Below are positions 19,351-29,115 of a stretch of DNA of 64,000 bases, piece after piece. The stretch is from Lentisphaeria bacterium (GTDB lineage Bacteria; Verrucomicrobiota; Lentisphaeria; JABSQK01). The notes under the pieces were generated by a model. The model saw nothing but the letters and a program-made list of their open reading frames with translations, searched no databases and was not told the DNA's origin. Every line of letters begins with the position of its first letter. The first letter of the stretch is position 1. The stretch is from contig JABSQK010000021.1 in NCBI GenBank assembly GCA_013215875.1, positions 477 through 64,476 on the forward strand. Reading direction: 5' to 3'. A program made the translations under genes and the position numbers.

Positions 19351-20403
19351 TCAGACGCTGACTTCTTTACCTTCATCCTGACTGCGGTATATGCCATCGA
19401 GAATACGCTGGACTTTCAAGGAATCTTCGGGCGGTACCGGGGATGCTTCACCTTTGGACATTGCTTCGGCGAAGGCCACACATTCTTGTGCATGCGGTTC
19501 GCGTATATTGTCGGTTATTTTTAGCTCCCGGTTGTAATGCTGCTGGGTATCGTAATTGCTCGAGTACAGCTCACAACTCGGCCAGTGTGAACCTGATTGG
19601 GTTCCATAAAGCCACATCTGCATATCCTCAACTTTCTCAGAATAATGATGCAAGAGCCAACTCACCTCAAGAATCAGTGTTGCGCCATTATCGAAACGAA
19701 CAAACGCAGAAGCAAAATCTTCCACATCGAAGTTACGAGGGATCGCTCCGCCCCAACAACTAAATGAGCCTTCTTGTTTGGCGATTTCATTGCGTGCCAC
19801 ACCGGTGACAGAGATCGGTTCAGGATTGCCCATAAACCACAAAGTAAGGTCAAGAATGTGCACGCCAATATCAATACACGGGCCGCCACCACTATTTTTC
19901 TTTAAGATAAAACTTTCGCGAACCGCGGCGGCATTTCGCCTTAGCATCCAACTGCGGGCATGATATATCTCGCCCATGCAACCCGTATCAATTTCTGCTT
20001 TCATGGCCATGCTGGTTCCCTGGAAACGAAAGTGCTGCGCAGTCATGAGTTGTTTGCCGGATTTATCCCGGGCTTCTATCATCGTACGGATTTCATCGGG
20101 CGTTGGTGCCAAAGGTTTTTCGCATATGACATGTTTGCCGGCCGCTAGGGCATCGAGGACAATTTGTGTATGGTAATTGCTTGGGGTGCAAACATCGATG
20201 ATATCAATAGACGGGTCATCAAGCAGATCTTTATAATCGGCAGAAATTTTTGTGACATCGTGATCTTTCGCAAATTTGTTCAGGCTGGTTTCATCAAGGT
20301 CCGCGCCGCCGACAAGTTCGGCATATTCTGTATCTTTCCATCCCGCTATATGTGTTCGGGCAATTCCGCCCACACCAATGATTGCAACATTCATTTTACT
20401 CAT
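19351..20403 (-). CDS. Gfo/Idh/MocA-family NAD(P)-dependent oxidoreductase
   Basis: 350 aa with Rossmann N-terminus MNVAIIGVGGIARTH and the EKP motif (VICEKPLA). Confidence 0.85.
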   Translation of the reverse strand: MSKMNVAIIGVGGIARTHIAGWKDTEYAELVGGADLDETSLNKFAKDHDVTKISADYKDLLDDPSIDIIDVCTPSNYHTQIVLDALAAGKHVICEKPLAPTPDEIRTMIEARDKSGKQLMTAQHFRFQGTSMAMKAEIDTGCMGEIYHARSWMLRRNAAAVRESFILKKNSGGGPCIDIGVHILDLTLWFMGNPEPISVTGVARNEIAKQEGSFSCWGGAIPRNFDVEDFASAFVRFDNGATLILEVSWLLHHYSEKVEDMQMWLYGTQSGSHWPSCELYSSNYDTQQHYNRELKITDNIREPHAQECVAFAEAMSKGEASPVPPEDSLKVQRILDGIYRSQDEGKEVSV

Positions 20404-20528
20404 AAGACTCTCCTTTAAGTGATTATCTAGAACTAATCAGTTAAAGCAAAGAAGTCAAATTCAACGTGTCGAATTACTGGTTTAATTATGGTTTTGCTGA
20501 TCCGGAGTTGCCATTCATGATGAGAATG

Positions 20529-21050
20529 TCAATCAAGTTCAATGAGTGCATCGATGCGGGTATCGCCCAGTTTTGCTCGGCCATTTAGAAACTTCAGTTC
20601 CATCAGAAAGCAGAATGCTTTCACATGTCCACCAATGGTTTCTACTAGTTTTACCGCCGCTTCCGCCGTACCCCCGGTGGCTAATACATCATCTATTAGG
20701 AGGACTTGGTCACCATTTGCCACAGCATCCTTGTGCAGCTCCAATTCACTTGAGCCATATTCCAGATCGTAGCTCACCTTGACTGTTTCCCAGGGCAATT
20801 TGCCTTTCTTGCGCATCATGCTTAAGCCAATACCCATTTTATATGCCAGGGCAGAGCCAAAAATGAACCCGCGAGCATCAATAGCGATAATTTTATTGAT
20901 CTCGTCTTTTTCATATTTTTGGGCCATGAGGTCGATCGTGCGCTTGAATAATACCGGGTCTTCGAGGATCGGAGAAATGTCTTTGAAAATGACTCCCTCG
21001 CTTGGGAAGTCTTTTACATCCCGCATGGCGTTTAATATTTTATCAGGCAT
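20529..21050 (-). CDS. apt: adenine phosphoribosyltransferase
   Basis: 173 aa with PRPP-binding motif VLLIDDVLATGGTA and typical Apt length and N-terminus. Confidence 0.9.
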   Translation of the reverse strand: MPDKILNAMRDVKDFPSEGVIFKDISPILEDPVLFKRTIDLMAQKYEKDEINKIIAIDARGFIFGSALAYKMGIGLSMMRKKGKLPWETVKVSYDLEYGSSELELHKDAVANGDQVLLIDDVLATGGTAEAAVKLVETIGGHVKAFCFLMELKFLNGRAKLGDTRIDALIELD

Positions 21051-21064
21051 AACGATTCCTTTCT

Positions 21065-21547
21065 TTATTTTGCTGCATTCGAGCTGATCCCTCCAGCGAT
21101 AAATCGTATATCCTGCACTTCATCGCCGGCAATCGCCTTCACCCGCTCCAGAATATCAGCCTTTAAAGGCTCAAGCTTAAAGCGAATAAGTGAATTAAAG
21201 ATTTCGACATTCAGCAGTTTATTTTCGAGAGATCTTGGGCTGGCATATTTACTGAATTCAATACCGACTACTTTGTCCCATTCACTGACGAGTTTGCGCA
21301 AGGTGACTTTATCATCCATATTCCATTTTTGAAACAGGGTATCGAGGACCTCGTTGACGGATTTTTCTTTTGATTGTTTTGCCTCGATTTCGAGGTAACC
21401 ATTGTCACCATACCAACTCTTCATCAGTCGCTCGCGAGCATTTTCCTCTGAACTGCGTACACGATAGCCGTGCGATTTCTTGTGGTGATCTTTTGGAGCC
21501 ATCCACCCTGAATCTTTTTTCTCGTCTTCTTTCATGCTATTAACCAT
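21065..21547 (-). CDS. DUF721/DciA-like protein
   Basis: 160 aa. The C-terminal half (WDKVVG…A.P.SLENKLLNVEI.NS…L…IL) resembles DUF721. Confidence 0.5.
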   Translation of the reverse strand: MVNSMKEDEKKDSGWMAPKDHHKKSHGYRVRSSEENARERLMKSWYGDNGYLEIEAKQSKEKSVNEVLDTLFQKWNMDDKVTLRKLVSEWDKVVGIEFSKYASPRSLENKLLNVEIFNSLIRFKLEPLKADILERVKAIAGDEVQDIRFIAGGISSNAAK

Positions 21548-21673
21548 ATGATAAATAAAAGCCGATACAACAGTAAGACAAAAAAATCGAGGCGCTATTT
21601 GTGTGTGTTTCTGCGCTCATTTATTGCCATTCCATCTCTGCCCTGTACAGTATTTACTTCAAAGGGAATCCAT

Positions 21674-22354
21674 ATGATACGCGAAAATATAAATAAAATT
21701 CAAGATGAAATAAAGGCTTCATTGCTGGCATCCGTTTTGAAGCAGGATCTAAAGTTGATTGCTGTGAGTAAATACCATACGACAACTGCGATTCTCGAGG
21801 CGCATGCTGCCGGGCAGCGCTGCTTTGGCGAAAGCCGTGTTCAGGAGCTCCTGGAAAAAAAGAGCGGTCTTCCAGATGATATTGAATGGCATATGATTGG
21901 CCACCTGCAGGGCAATAAGGTGAAAGATGCGATCGCATGCAGCGACTATATTCATGGCGTGGATTCTCTGAAGTTGCTAAAACGTATTGATCTATTGGCC
22001 AGCGAATCAGGTACAATCCAGAACTGTTTGTTGCAGGTAAATATATCCGGCGAAGATGCTAAAAGTGGCTTTTCTGCCGATGAACTAAGGCAAGCAGTAG
22101 AGCAAATTCTCGCCTTAAAGTCTGTTAATCCCTGTGGATTAATGACCATGGCACCAATCACAGCAGATGAGACGGAACTCTCAGAAATCTTTTCCTCGAC
22201 TCGTATTCTGCGCGATTCCCTTGAGGAATCAGGCATGTGCCTGCCAGAATTATCAATGGGTATGAGCCGCGATTATAAATCTGCAATTAAACAAGGTGCT
22301 ACCATGGTTCGTATCGGTACAGCACTATTTGGGCCCGCAGAAAAGACCCATTGA
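21674..22354 (+). CDS. yggS: YggS-family pyridoxal-phosphate homeostasis protein
   Basis: Start moved to ATG 21674 (MIRENINKIQDEI). Motifs LIAVSKYHT (PLP Lys), HMIGHLQGNK, LSMGMSRDY. The 42 upstream codons in the ORF track look non-coding. Confidence 0.85.
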   Translation: MIRENINKIQDEIKASLLASVLKQDLKLIAVSKYHTTTAILEAHAAGQRCFGESRVQELLEKKSGLPDDIEWHMIGHLQGNKVKDAIACSDYIHGVDSLKLLKRIDLLASESGTIQNCLLQVNISGEDAKSGFSADELRQAVEQILALKSVNPCGLMTMAPITADETELSEIFSSTRILRDSLEESGMCLPELSMGMSRDYKSAIKQGATMVRIGTALFGPAEKTH

Positions 22355-22479
22355 TTCTAGCCTGCATAATTCATTTTATTCATAAAATCTAAAGAGAATT
22401 ACTCAAAGTGAGTATGAACTTTATACACTTTGTATATAGTAAGTATAATGTATTAAAAAATACACGGTTCTGTGGTCAA

Positions 22480-23676
22480 ATGAATGGTAACTTACTAATA
22501 CATCTGGATTATTGCTTAACGCCAATGACGCGTCTAAACAATGCTGCCATTGTGATTGAAGACGGTATGATTCAGTCTGTCGGAGGGTTTTCTGCCTTTG
22601 TAAACCTTGAAGATTACGACATTATCGAGATGCCTGGCTGTTATGCAATTCCCGGCTTTCTTGATTCGCGACTCTATGGTGCAGCTAAATTTGACTGTAT
22701 GCATGCGGATAAGTCAGAAAAAATTAATGAAATGTCCACCGCCCTGGCAACACACGGTGTTACATCTTTTTTACCCACCACACAATCGTGTCCCCATGAA
22801 CAGCTTTTATCAGTAGTGGAAGCTTTGTCATATCGGGTCGATGACGAAAAGCTACCCGGAGCTGTGCCCTGTGGTATTCATATAGAGGGTCCCTACCTCT
22901 CAGAAGAAAAACGCGGCGCACACCCGGCTGAATATTTACAGCCTATCGACATTGCAAAAGCAAAAGAAATTATTGCAGCCGGCAGAGGAAAAATTAAGCT
23001 CTTCACATTTGCCCCGGAGCTCGACCTCAGTTTGGAATTAATCGATCTTTTAGTGGAACACGAAATTGTCCCTTGCATGGGGCATACGATGGCGGGTCAA
23101 GCCTCAATAATGAGAGCGATCGATGCGGGTGCTATTCGCTGTTCGCATCTCTATAATGGTATGGGCGCACTCGAGCAACGAAATGTCGGGCTCGCGGCAA
23201 TTGCCATGACAGATGACCGTATCTGGGTAGAGCTAATTCCAGATGGTGTGCATTTTCACTGGGGAATGCTGGAGCTTGCTTGTAGATCAATTCGCAAGGA
23301 TCGCATAATTGCCGTATCGAATTCCACCGAAGCAGCAGGCCTGGCGGATGGGGATTACCATTTAGGCGACAGAGATATTACTGTTAGGTATGGTAAAGCA
23401 ACACTCGAGGATGGTACCATTGCGGGTTCGACAAACTTCCTCGCGCAAAATTATCGTAATCTCATGGAACATAGCAATCTCAGTCATGAAGAAGCATCTG
23501 CCGCCTTTTCATTAAATCCTGCTTTAAGCATCGGTGCTCGAAATCGTGGAAAAATTAAGCCCGGTAAGCGTGCCGACATTACCATCCTGGATGACAATAA
23601 CAGAGTGAAAATGACGATTGTTGAAGGGCGCATTGTTTATCAAAATGAGAATTATCTTGCTGTGGCAAATACCTAA
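22480..23676 (+). CDS. nagA: N-acetylglucosamine-6-phosphate deacetylase
   Basis: Motifs PGFLDSRLYG, HIEGPYLSEEKRGAHP, FTFAPEL, CMGHT, HLYNGM, ELIPDGVHF. Start taken at ATG 22480 (MNGNLLIH). The last 4 codons (…ANT*) come from repeat-derived sequence. Confidence 0.85.
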   Translation: MNGNLLIHLDYCLTPMTRLNNAAIVIEDGMIQSVGGFSAFVNLEDYDIIEMPGCYAIPGFLDSRLYGAAKFDCMHADKSEKINEMSTALATHGVTSFLPTTQSCPHEQLLSVVEALSYRVDDEKLPGAVPCGIHIEGPYLSEEKRGAHPAEYLQPIDIAKAKEIIAAGRGKIKLFTFAPELDLSLELIDLLVEHEIVPCMGHTMAGQASIMRAIDAGAIRCSHLYNGMGALEQRNVGLAAIAMTDDRIWVELIPDGVHFHWGMLELACRSIRKDRIIAVSNSTEAAGLADGDYHLGDRDITVRYGKATLEDGTIAGSTNFLAQNYRNLMEHSNLSHEEASAAFSLNPALSIGARNRGKIKPGKRADITILDDNNRVKMTIVEGRIVYQNENYLAVANT

Positions 23677-23724
23677 TCATCAAGTTAGGTATTCTGATAT
23701 TATCATCCGGGATGACAATAACAG
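23604..23724. repeat. 121-bp repeat unit, copy 1 (last 60 nt of nagA coding sequence + 46-nt hairpin-containing segment + 15 nt GGATGACAATAACAG)
   Basis: Nearly identical to 27306-27426, with one T/G difference that I saw. Contains the 9-bp inverted repeat AATACCTAA / TTAGGTATT. Confidence 0.9.
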
Positions 23725-24670
23725 CAGTTTTGGCGATCTTAAATAAAAGAGATTTCTTATCAGAAATTTCTCTTACACTTCCTGCCATTTCTTTAGCAAC
23801 TTTACGTTCAGCTTTTACTTGTATCTTATGGACAATCTGGATCAATAAATTTGTTAATCCGTCAATAACCCCTTCACGTCTCTCCATACAAAATGCTGCC
23901 AAAAGTGGATGCCGTATATAATCAGGATGACGGCGTAATTCCCGTACTGGTTCACGCATTGTTCGAGTGTAGTATTGGTTTCGTATTTTATACCATTTAA
24001 TTGAAAATAAGTCTGAGGGTAAATCCAAATCATTCACAATTTTCAACTTCGACAACTCAATTAATATGCTACTTAGACAAGGCTTTCCTGGATCATTCTT
24101 CAAAAGAACTAAAGAAGCTGATGTATCATCGTTATGTATTTGTAAAAGCTGATCGAGAGCATATCCATTTTCACTGCTAAGTTTCTGAGAAATAGATTGA
24201 TACCGGAACTCTTCAAGCCTGGTACTAACCGAGTTAATTATTCTTTCTTCTCGTAAATATGTTGGCCGTTCAATCTTATTATTCTTAAACCATTCTTTTA
24301 AAGAATCTTCTAAGTTAATTTCGATCCAAACTTCTTTTAACGATATCTTGGTCAGCTCCGATTGGGCTATTTCCAAATCCGTTGATGACGCTGTTCTGAA
24401 ACGCAGAAACTCCCGCACATCGTGTCGCATGCGTTTGCCTGTACGGTCCAGGTAATCATAAGATAAATCAACGAGGTCATCAGATATTTTTAGCAAAGAA
24501 GATAAACTCTTCCGTATAATATCGGGGATATGCCCAAAACTTTCAGGGAAGCGGCTCTCTATTTGGAAATGCTTAAGAAGAACTGCACATTTCAAACGGT
24601 TTTCTTTGCGGTAATTGCTGATAAAAGCAGATTCAGGTTTGGATAAATCGTACAAATAAAATTTTGGCAT
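23725..24670 (-). pseudogene. tnpA: Tn3-family transposase, N-terminal fragment (about aa 1-315, DUF4158 region)
   Basis: MPKFYLYDLS…RFPESFGHIP…LRRHPDYIRHPLLAAFCMERREGVIDGLTNLLIQIVHKI matches the Tn3 TnpA N-terminal layout. The ORF-track extension to 23579 is the antisense of the nagA repeat. Confidence 0.8.
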
Positions 24671-25328
24671 GCTGAAAATCTCCTGTGTATTAGAATACTC
24701 AAGGATTATTCATAGCACGTTTGGCCCCATATGACAGCTACGCTCACTTTACCCCTTATAACAATAAACCAGCGAAAGATTCGTTACATGCCCTGTATAC
24801 TTTATGTTTTTATACAGTCATTATTAATTCATTGTAAAGAACTTATAAAGTCTCGGATTAATTTAGAAAAATGTTTTAATTGTCGGATCTTATCAGTAAA
24901 ATTAGACTCTAATAGACACACACACAAAACACAAAATAGAAAGTACCAAGGGATGACACGGCAGGAAATTCTACAAGATACGGGGAAAATGTTCATTTCA
25001 TTTCTCCCATTATGGCGATAGGTTTCTGACAAACCATGTAGAACCAAATTCATCCTATAGTTCTGGATATGCTAATAATAATGGTGCGTATGTCGGTTAT
25101 GGCTATAAGCCAGATGGTCAAGGAATCGTCTATGGTGACGGTCATGGTGAATTTAAAGGCAATACTTATTATAGAGACAGAATAGCGGTCAATAGTCCAT
25201 CTGTAATGGGTGTGGCAAATACTCCTGGAAGTGGTTTGTTTTTCTACTGGGAAGGATCGCCAAGATAACCTTTTAGATAAAAGATGCACCAAAGTAATAA
25301 CCAACAAAAAATAAAAAAAGGAAAGAAA

Positions 25329-25799
25329 ATGAAAAACATCTACAAAGTAATGGTTTTAATAGCCATGTCATGCCTGAGTTTAAATGCACAAGAAAAAGAA
25401 ACTAAGGTTGATCCAGACATCGCATGTGCGACTGCATCGATTAAAGCATATCGGGCACTCAAGCTTAATAAGGAACTTCAAGATCCAGTAAGAAGCAAAT
25501 GGGATATTTATCACAAAGAGGCAGAAGCCAGTTTTAATGATGCCTATGAAATACTCGGTAAAGCTGTAAATGAAGAGCAGGCAAAAAAGAAGGAAGAAAT
25601 AGACAAGGAATTCATAAAAGAAGCAAATGAGCGTAAAGCAAAAATGTATAGGAAATGGCATACGGAATTTGTAAAAAAAGAATATATCATTTGGCAATCC
25701 GAACGTACTGAAATAATCAAGAAATATACAGCGCTTAATTATTATTTTGAATACCTTAAAAATATGAAACATACACCAAAGAAGCAGATATGGATATGA
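25329..25799 (+). CDS. hypothetical secreted Lys/Glu-rich protein (island cargo)
   Basis: ATG at 25329 preceded by AAGGAAAG. Signal peptide MKNIYKVMVLIAMSCLSLNAQE. 156 aa with a coiled-coil-like composition. Confidence 0.5.
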   Translation: MKNIYKVMVLIAMSCLSLNAQEKETKVDPDIACATASIKAYRALKLNKELQDPVRSKWDIYHKEAEASFNDAYEILGKAVNEEQAKKKEEIDKEFIKEANERKAKMYRKWHTEFVKKEYIIWQSERTEIIKKYTALNYYFEYLKNMKHTPKKQIWI

Positions 25800-26255
25800 G
25801 CAAGGTTGCTGTTTTATATATAGAAATTGCTACCAGCTCCAAAAAACAATCAGATGCATTCAAAAAAGTCATTGCTAAAATGAAAGCTAAATCTGTAGAA
25901 ATGAGTGAAGTAAAAAAGGATGCTAAAATGTGGGTCGATATTCACTTTGGCAGAAATAAAGATCAATGAAATATTTATTTTTCGTATGCATGTCCAATAA
26001 TGGGTATCCTTACATAAAGGTACGTAACGCGACATAGGATATTTTAAGCCTCTACAGATCTTATTTTGGAGGCAATATCCTGCGTTATGATCTATGTAAT
26101 GGAGACCCATTTTTCACTGGTGTCTAAGGTATTTTGAGCTCAATTATGTCCTTGATTCAGCGAATCTGAGTAATCATGGCCTTTCTATACAGTTTTTCTG
26201 CCAATTGTAAATTGATGAATAAATTAGTTTTATCTAGCTTCTAGGGTATTTGGGT

Positions 26256-27305
26256 TTACATTGCATTCAACGCGATCCACAGCTCTCCCCAAACCTGAGA
26301 TTGCCTAACCTGGAGCGTCGCATTAACTACTTTAGCTATCGCTGCTTTTAAACTCGGTTTATGGATATACCGCTCTTTTACATAGCGCAATTCATCTTGT
26401 GTAACTTCTTCCCCACCTGCTAAAACTCGTTTTATACCAGTATTGGTCCCAAGAGCATACAGACACAACAGTAAGCGCTTTTGAAGAACATCGCGTGTTA
26501 AGATTTCCCTATCGCCATAGCTTTTCAAAATGCTTGTAAAATCAATCTGGTAATCAGCCTCTTTAAGAATATCCAGTAGGCTGGTCATCGGCCATTGCAC
26601 CATGACCTTTGATTTTAAATGTTTTAAAAATGAAGGTTCCACTTGTGGTACTAGTGGCGAAACTTTAATTAGGTTTTTACCATGTTGCCGAATCGATACG
26701 TCATTATTTTTAGACAACCCTGTATCTAGTGTGCGTAAAGCTATTTCCATACGGGACTGTAGATTCTGAATGAAATCCTCCGAGTTTTCTGGAAGCTTAA
26801 GCTCATCATAGTATGTGTTTCTTTTTTCTTCAAAATCTTCTGGAATATCTTCATCCGGATTGCGATATCGACGTGCTCCTTTAACCCATATTTCACGACA
26901 CCTCAAGCCATTTCTTAGTGCTTTCAATACACAAATTTCATAGCTTATACGGTTTATTTTCTCATCCTCAATAAGAAGCAGTTGCAATGACTTGGGCACA
27001 ATACCTTCAACGGGTAAATTATCTACTGACAAGATTCTTTGGTTAGAATCGAGAGATTTCAAAGTATTTACAGCATTAATAATAGGGCGATGATGTTGAT
27101 TATTACAGCGAAATATTAAAGCATTAATTAGTGGGGACATCATTCGTCGGTAATGGCTTTTAAACGAATTGCGGGCTACGTGCTGGACCTGCTCTATATA
27201 AGATGGGCTGCTAGCTTCAAATTCTCTAACCAGATCTCTGAATATGCTTTCGCTGACGACTGGATAAAGTGCATCTCGGATTTTCGAATCAGGATTCTCC
27301 AATAC
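26256..27305 (-). pseudogene. tnpA: Tn3-family transposase, middle fragment (about aa 316-675), truncated before the DDE catalytic domain
   Basis: LENPDSKIRDALYPVV…YRRMMSPLINALIFRCNN…ISYEICVLKALRNGLRCREIWVKGARRYRNPDEDIP…LYALGTNTGI…QVWGE. It then diverges and stops where Tn3 TnpA has WGGGEVASADG. Confidence 0.8.
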
Positions 27306-27486
27306 AGTGAAAATGACGATTGTGGAAGGGCGCATTGTTTATCAAAATGAGAATTATCTTGCTGTGGCAAATACCTAATCATCAAGTTAGGTATTCTGAT
27401 ATTATCATCCGGGATGACAATAACAGAGTGAAAATGACGATTGTGGAAGGGCGCATTGTTTATCAAAATGAGAATTACCTTGCTGT
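27306..27486. repeat. 121-bp repeat copy 2 (27306-27426) plus partial copy 3 (27427-27486), which runs into a probable ancestral nagA end (…NENYLAVTS*)
   Basis: Direct sequence comparison with 23604-23724. Copy 3 diverges after CTTGCTGT into AACAAGTTAA. Confidence 0.9.
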
Positions 27487-27500
27487 AACAAGTTAAGTAC

Positions 27501-28733
27501 TCAGGTACGATATTCCGCATTAATTTTCACATACTCATAACTTAAGTCACAGGTCCATGCAGTGTATTCACCGTCGACCAGGCCAAGGTCAACCTCGAGA
27601 AAAATTTCATCCCTGTTGATTAGTTTGTACATCTCGTCTTCTGATAGCCCCGCATCCTGCCCTGATTTTACCACCTGTACGCCCGAGTAATACAGATTGA
27701 ATTCACCCGTATTTATATTAACTCCCGAGTAGCCCGCGGCATCGAGGATCCGCCCCCAATTGGGGTCTGCACCAAACCAGGCCGTTTTACATAGCAGTGA
27801 ATTGGCAATTGCTTTTGCACAGGTTTCAGCATCCCCATCATTTTCTGCGCCGACGACTTTTACCTCCACAAATCGTGTCGCTCCCTCAGCATCAAGGATC
27901 AACATCCGGGCCAGTTCGGCGGCCACATAGTTAAAGGCTTCTTGAAATTTTGCCGCTTCGGCGGACCCTCTACGAATCATTGAATTACCTGCTAAGCCAT
28001 TGGCCATACAAATAAAACTGTCGTTGGTACTGGTATCGCCATCTATGGTTATACGATTAAAGGATTGATTCAGTGATTGATCAAGTATCTCCGATAAGAG
28101 GCCCTCTTCGAGAAGCACATCCGTAGTGATATAGGCCAGCATTGTTGCCTCTTTTTCTGCTGTCTTCATCTTTGGAGCGATCATCCCGGCCCCTTTAGAC
28201 ATGCCGCCTATAATTACATCGGTTCCATCAATATCAATTTTAACTGCAATGGATTTTGCTACTGTGTCCGTGGTCATTATCGCTTCTGCAGCTTTTGCTC
28301 CACCCGTCGCATTTCTGGCCTCGCAGCATTTTTTAATCCCGGCTTTTACAATTTCCATTGGCAAAGGCACGCCGATTCTACCCGTTGAAAAAACAAGTAC
28401 TTCTGATGGATCTATATTTAAAAGGTCGGCTGTATCTGCAGCCATATGCGAGGCATTTGTCCAGCCCTGGCGACCTGTACAGGCGTTGGCATTGCCACTA
28501 TTTATAATGCAGGCATGGATGGTCTTTGAATTTTTATGCACCTGTTTGCAATAGACGACCGGAGCTGCAGCAAATGCATTCTGGGTATATGAGCCCGCAA
28601 ACTGACAGGCAGTGGCCGAATAAATTACAGCCATATCTTCTTTGCCGCTTTCTTTCAGTCCAGCAATGATTCCCGCTGCTTCAAAACCCTGGGCTGAACA
28701 AACGGTTCCATTTTCTAATTTTTCATAATGCAT
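27501..28733 (-). CDS. argJ: bifunctional glutamate N-acetyltransferase / amino-acid acetyltransferase
   Basis: 410 aa with the autoprocessing site context KEATMLAYITTD. The rest of the sequence is ArgJ-like throughout. Confidence 0.9.
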   Translation of the reverse strand: MHYEKLENGTVCSAQGFEAAGIIAGLKESGKEDMAVIYSATACQFAGSYTQNAFAAAPVVYCKQVHKNSKTIHACIINSGNANACTGRQGWTNASHMAADTADLLNIDPSEVLVFSTGRIGVPLPMEIVKAGIKKCCEARNATGGAKAAEAIMTTDTVAKSIAVKIDIDGTDVIIGGMSKGAGMIAPKMKTAEKEATMLAYITTDVLLEEGLLSEILDQSLNQSFNRITIDGDTSTNDSFICMANGLAGNSMIRRGSAEAAKFQEAFNYVAAELARMLILDAEGATRFVEVKVVGAENDGDAETCAKAIANSLLCKTAWFGADPNWGRILDAAGYSGVNINTGEFNLYYSGVQVVKSGQDAGLSEDEMYKLINRDEIFLEVDLGLVDGEYTAWTCDLSYEYVKINAEYRT

Positions 28734-29058
28734 CTTCTAAATTACCTCTAAGCTGCCAATTCATAAACCATGTGAGACGGACTAATATAATTTTATTTCA
28801 GCACATTTCGAAAAAAAATGAATAATATACCCCCGCCATTTACCAGATTCGTTTTTTATGGCTAATATTTGCAGTTCTGCCTCTTGAGGAAACTATCCTG
28901 GATAATTCATAAACCATCTACTACAAGCGCGAACTGCTGCAGTATTAGCAGTTTTATAACTGACGATGATTTTGAAGTGCTTCAGCCTGAGCCTCAGTTG
29001 AACTGCTTGAATAATAGCTGATTGCGTCTATCTTTGGCCCTTCAACGAGATGATTTAG

Positions 29059-29115
29059 ATGACGTTTATAAGCAATTATTTTTATTACTGGTTTAGCCGC
29101 AGGAGGAATTCCTGA
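29059..29115 (+). CDS. candidate attenuation leader peptide MTFISNYFYYWFSRRRNS
   Basis: 18-codon ORF that I translated myself. Seven of 18 residues are aromatic (3 Phe, 3 Tyr, 1 Trp), six of them consecutive (codons 7-12). The stop lies inside and adjacent to the antiterminator arm. Located 82 nt upstream of the DAHP synthase start. Confidence 0.6.
   Translation: MTFISNYFYYWFSRRRNS

Larger units (their letters stand above)
23725..27305 (-). mobile_element. 3.6-kb island holding a circularly permuted, truncated Tn3-family transposase gene plus cargo, inserted at a boundary of the 121-bp repeat
   Basis: Two tnpA fragments whose ends abut in protein space (…LLFKIAKTAV | LENPDSKIRDALYPVV…) lie in swapped order. 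Both junctions with the repeat share AATA(A)CAG. Confidence 0.75.

Noticed and set aside
23579-23724. C-terminal extension of the 363-aa ORF, and N-terminal MRPSTIVIFT of the 359-aa ORF at 27306-27335, which would make the transposase fragments look like complete proteins.
   Set aside because: These portions are the antisense of the nagA-derived 121-bp repeat, not transposase sequence. The fragments are therefore called pseudogenes with boundaries at the repeat junctions.
24705-24749. GGGG-initiated 38-45-nt sequence upstream of the tnpA start, considered as a Tn3-family terminal inverted repeat.
   Set aside because: There is no inverted partner in the window. In most Tn3-family elements the IR abuts the 3' end of tnpA rather than its 5' end. 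It is kept only as a note inside a low-interest finding.
25850-26110. 86-aa minus-strand ORF and other short ORFs (24731-25021, 24829-25053, 25050-25307) in the island.
   Set aside because: They have no SD or motifs and overlap each other in AT-rich sequence. They are most likely non-coding debris within the rearranged element.
27364-27409. The 46-nt hairpin segment of the 121-bp unit, considered as a miniature transposable element or integron attC-like site.
   Set aside because: It would need a 75-bp target duplication, which fits no transposon class I know. There is no integrase nearby, and I saw no other copies in the window. The origin is left open in the finding rather than called.
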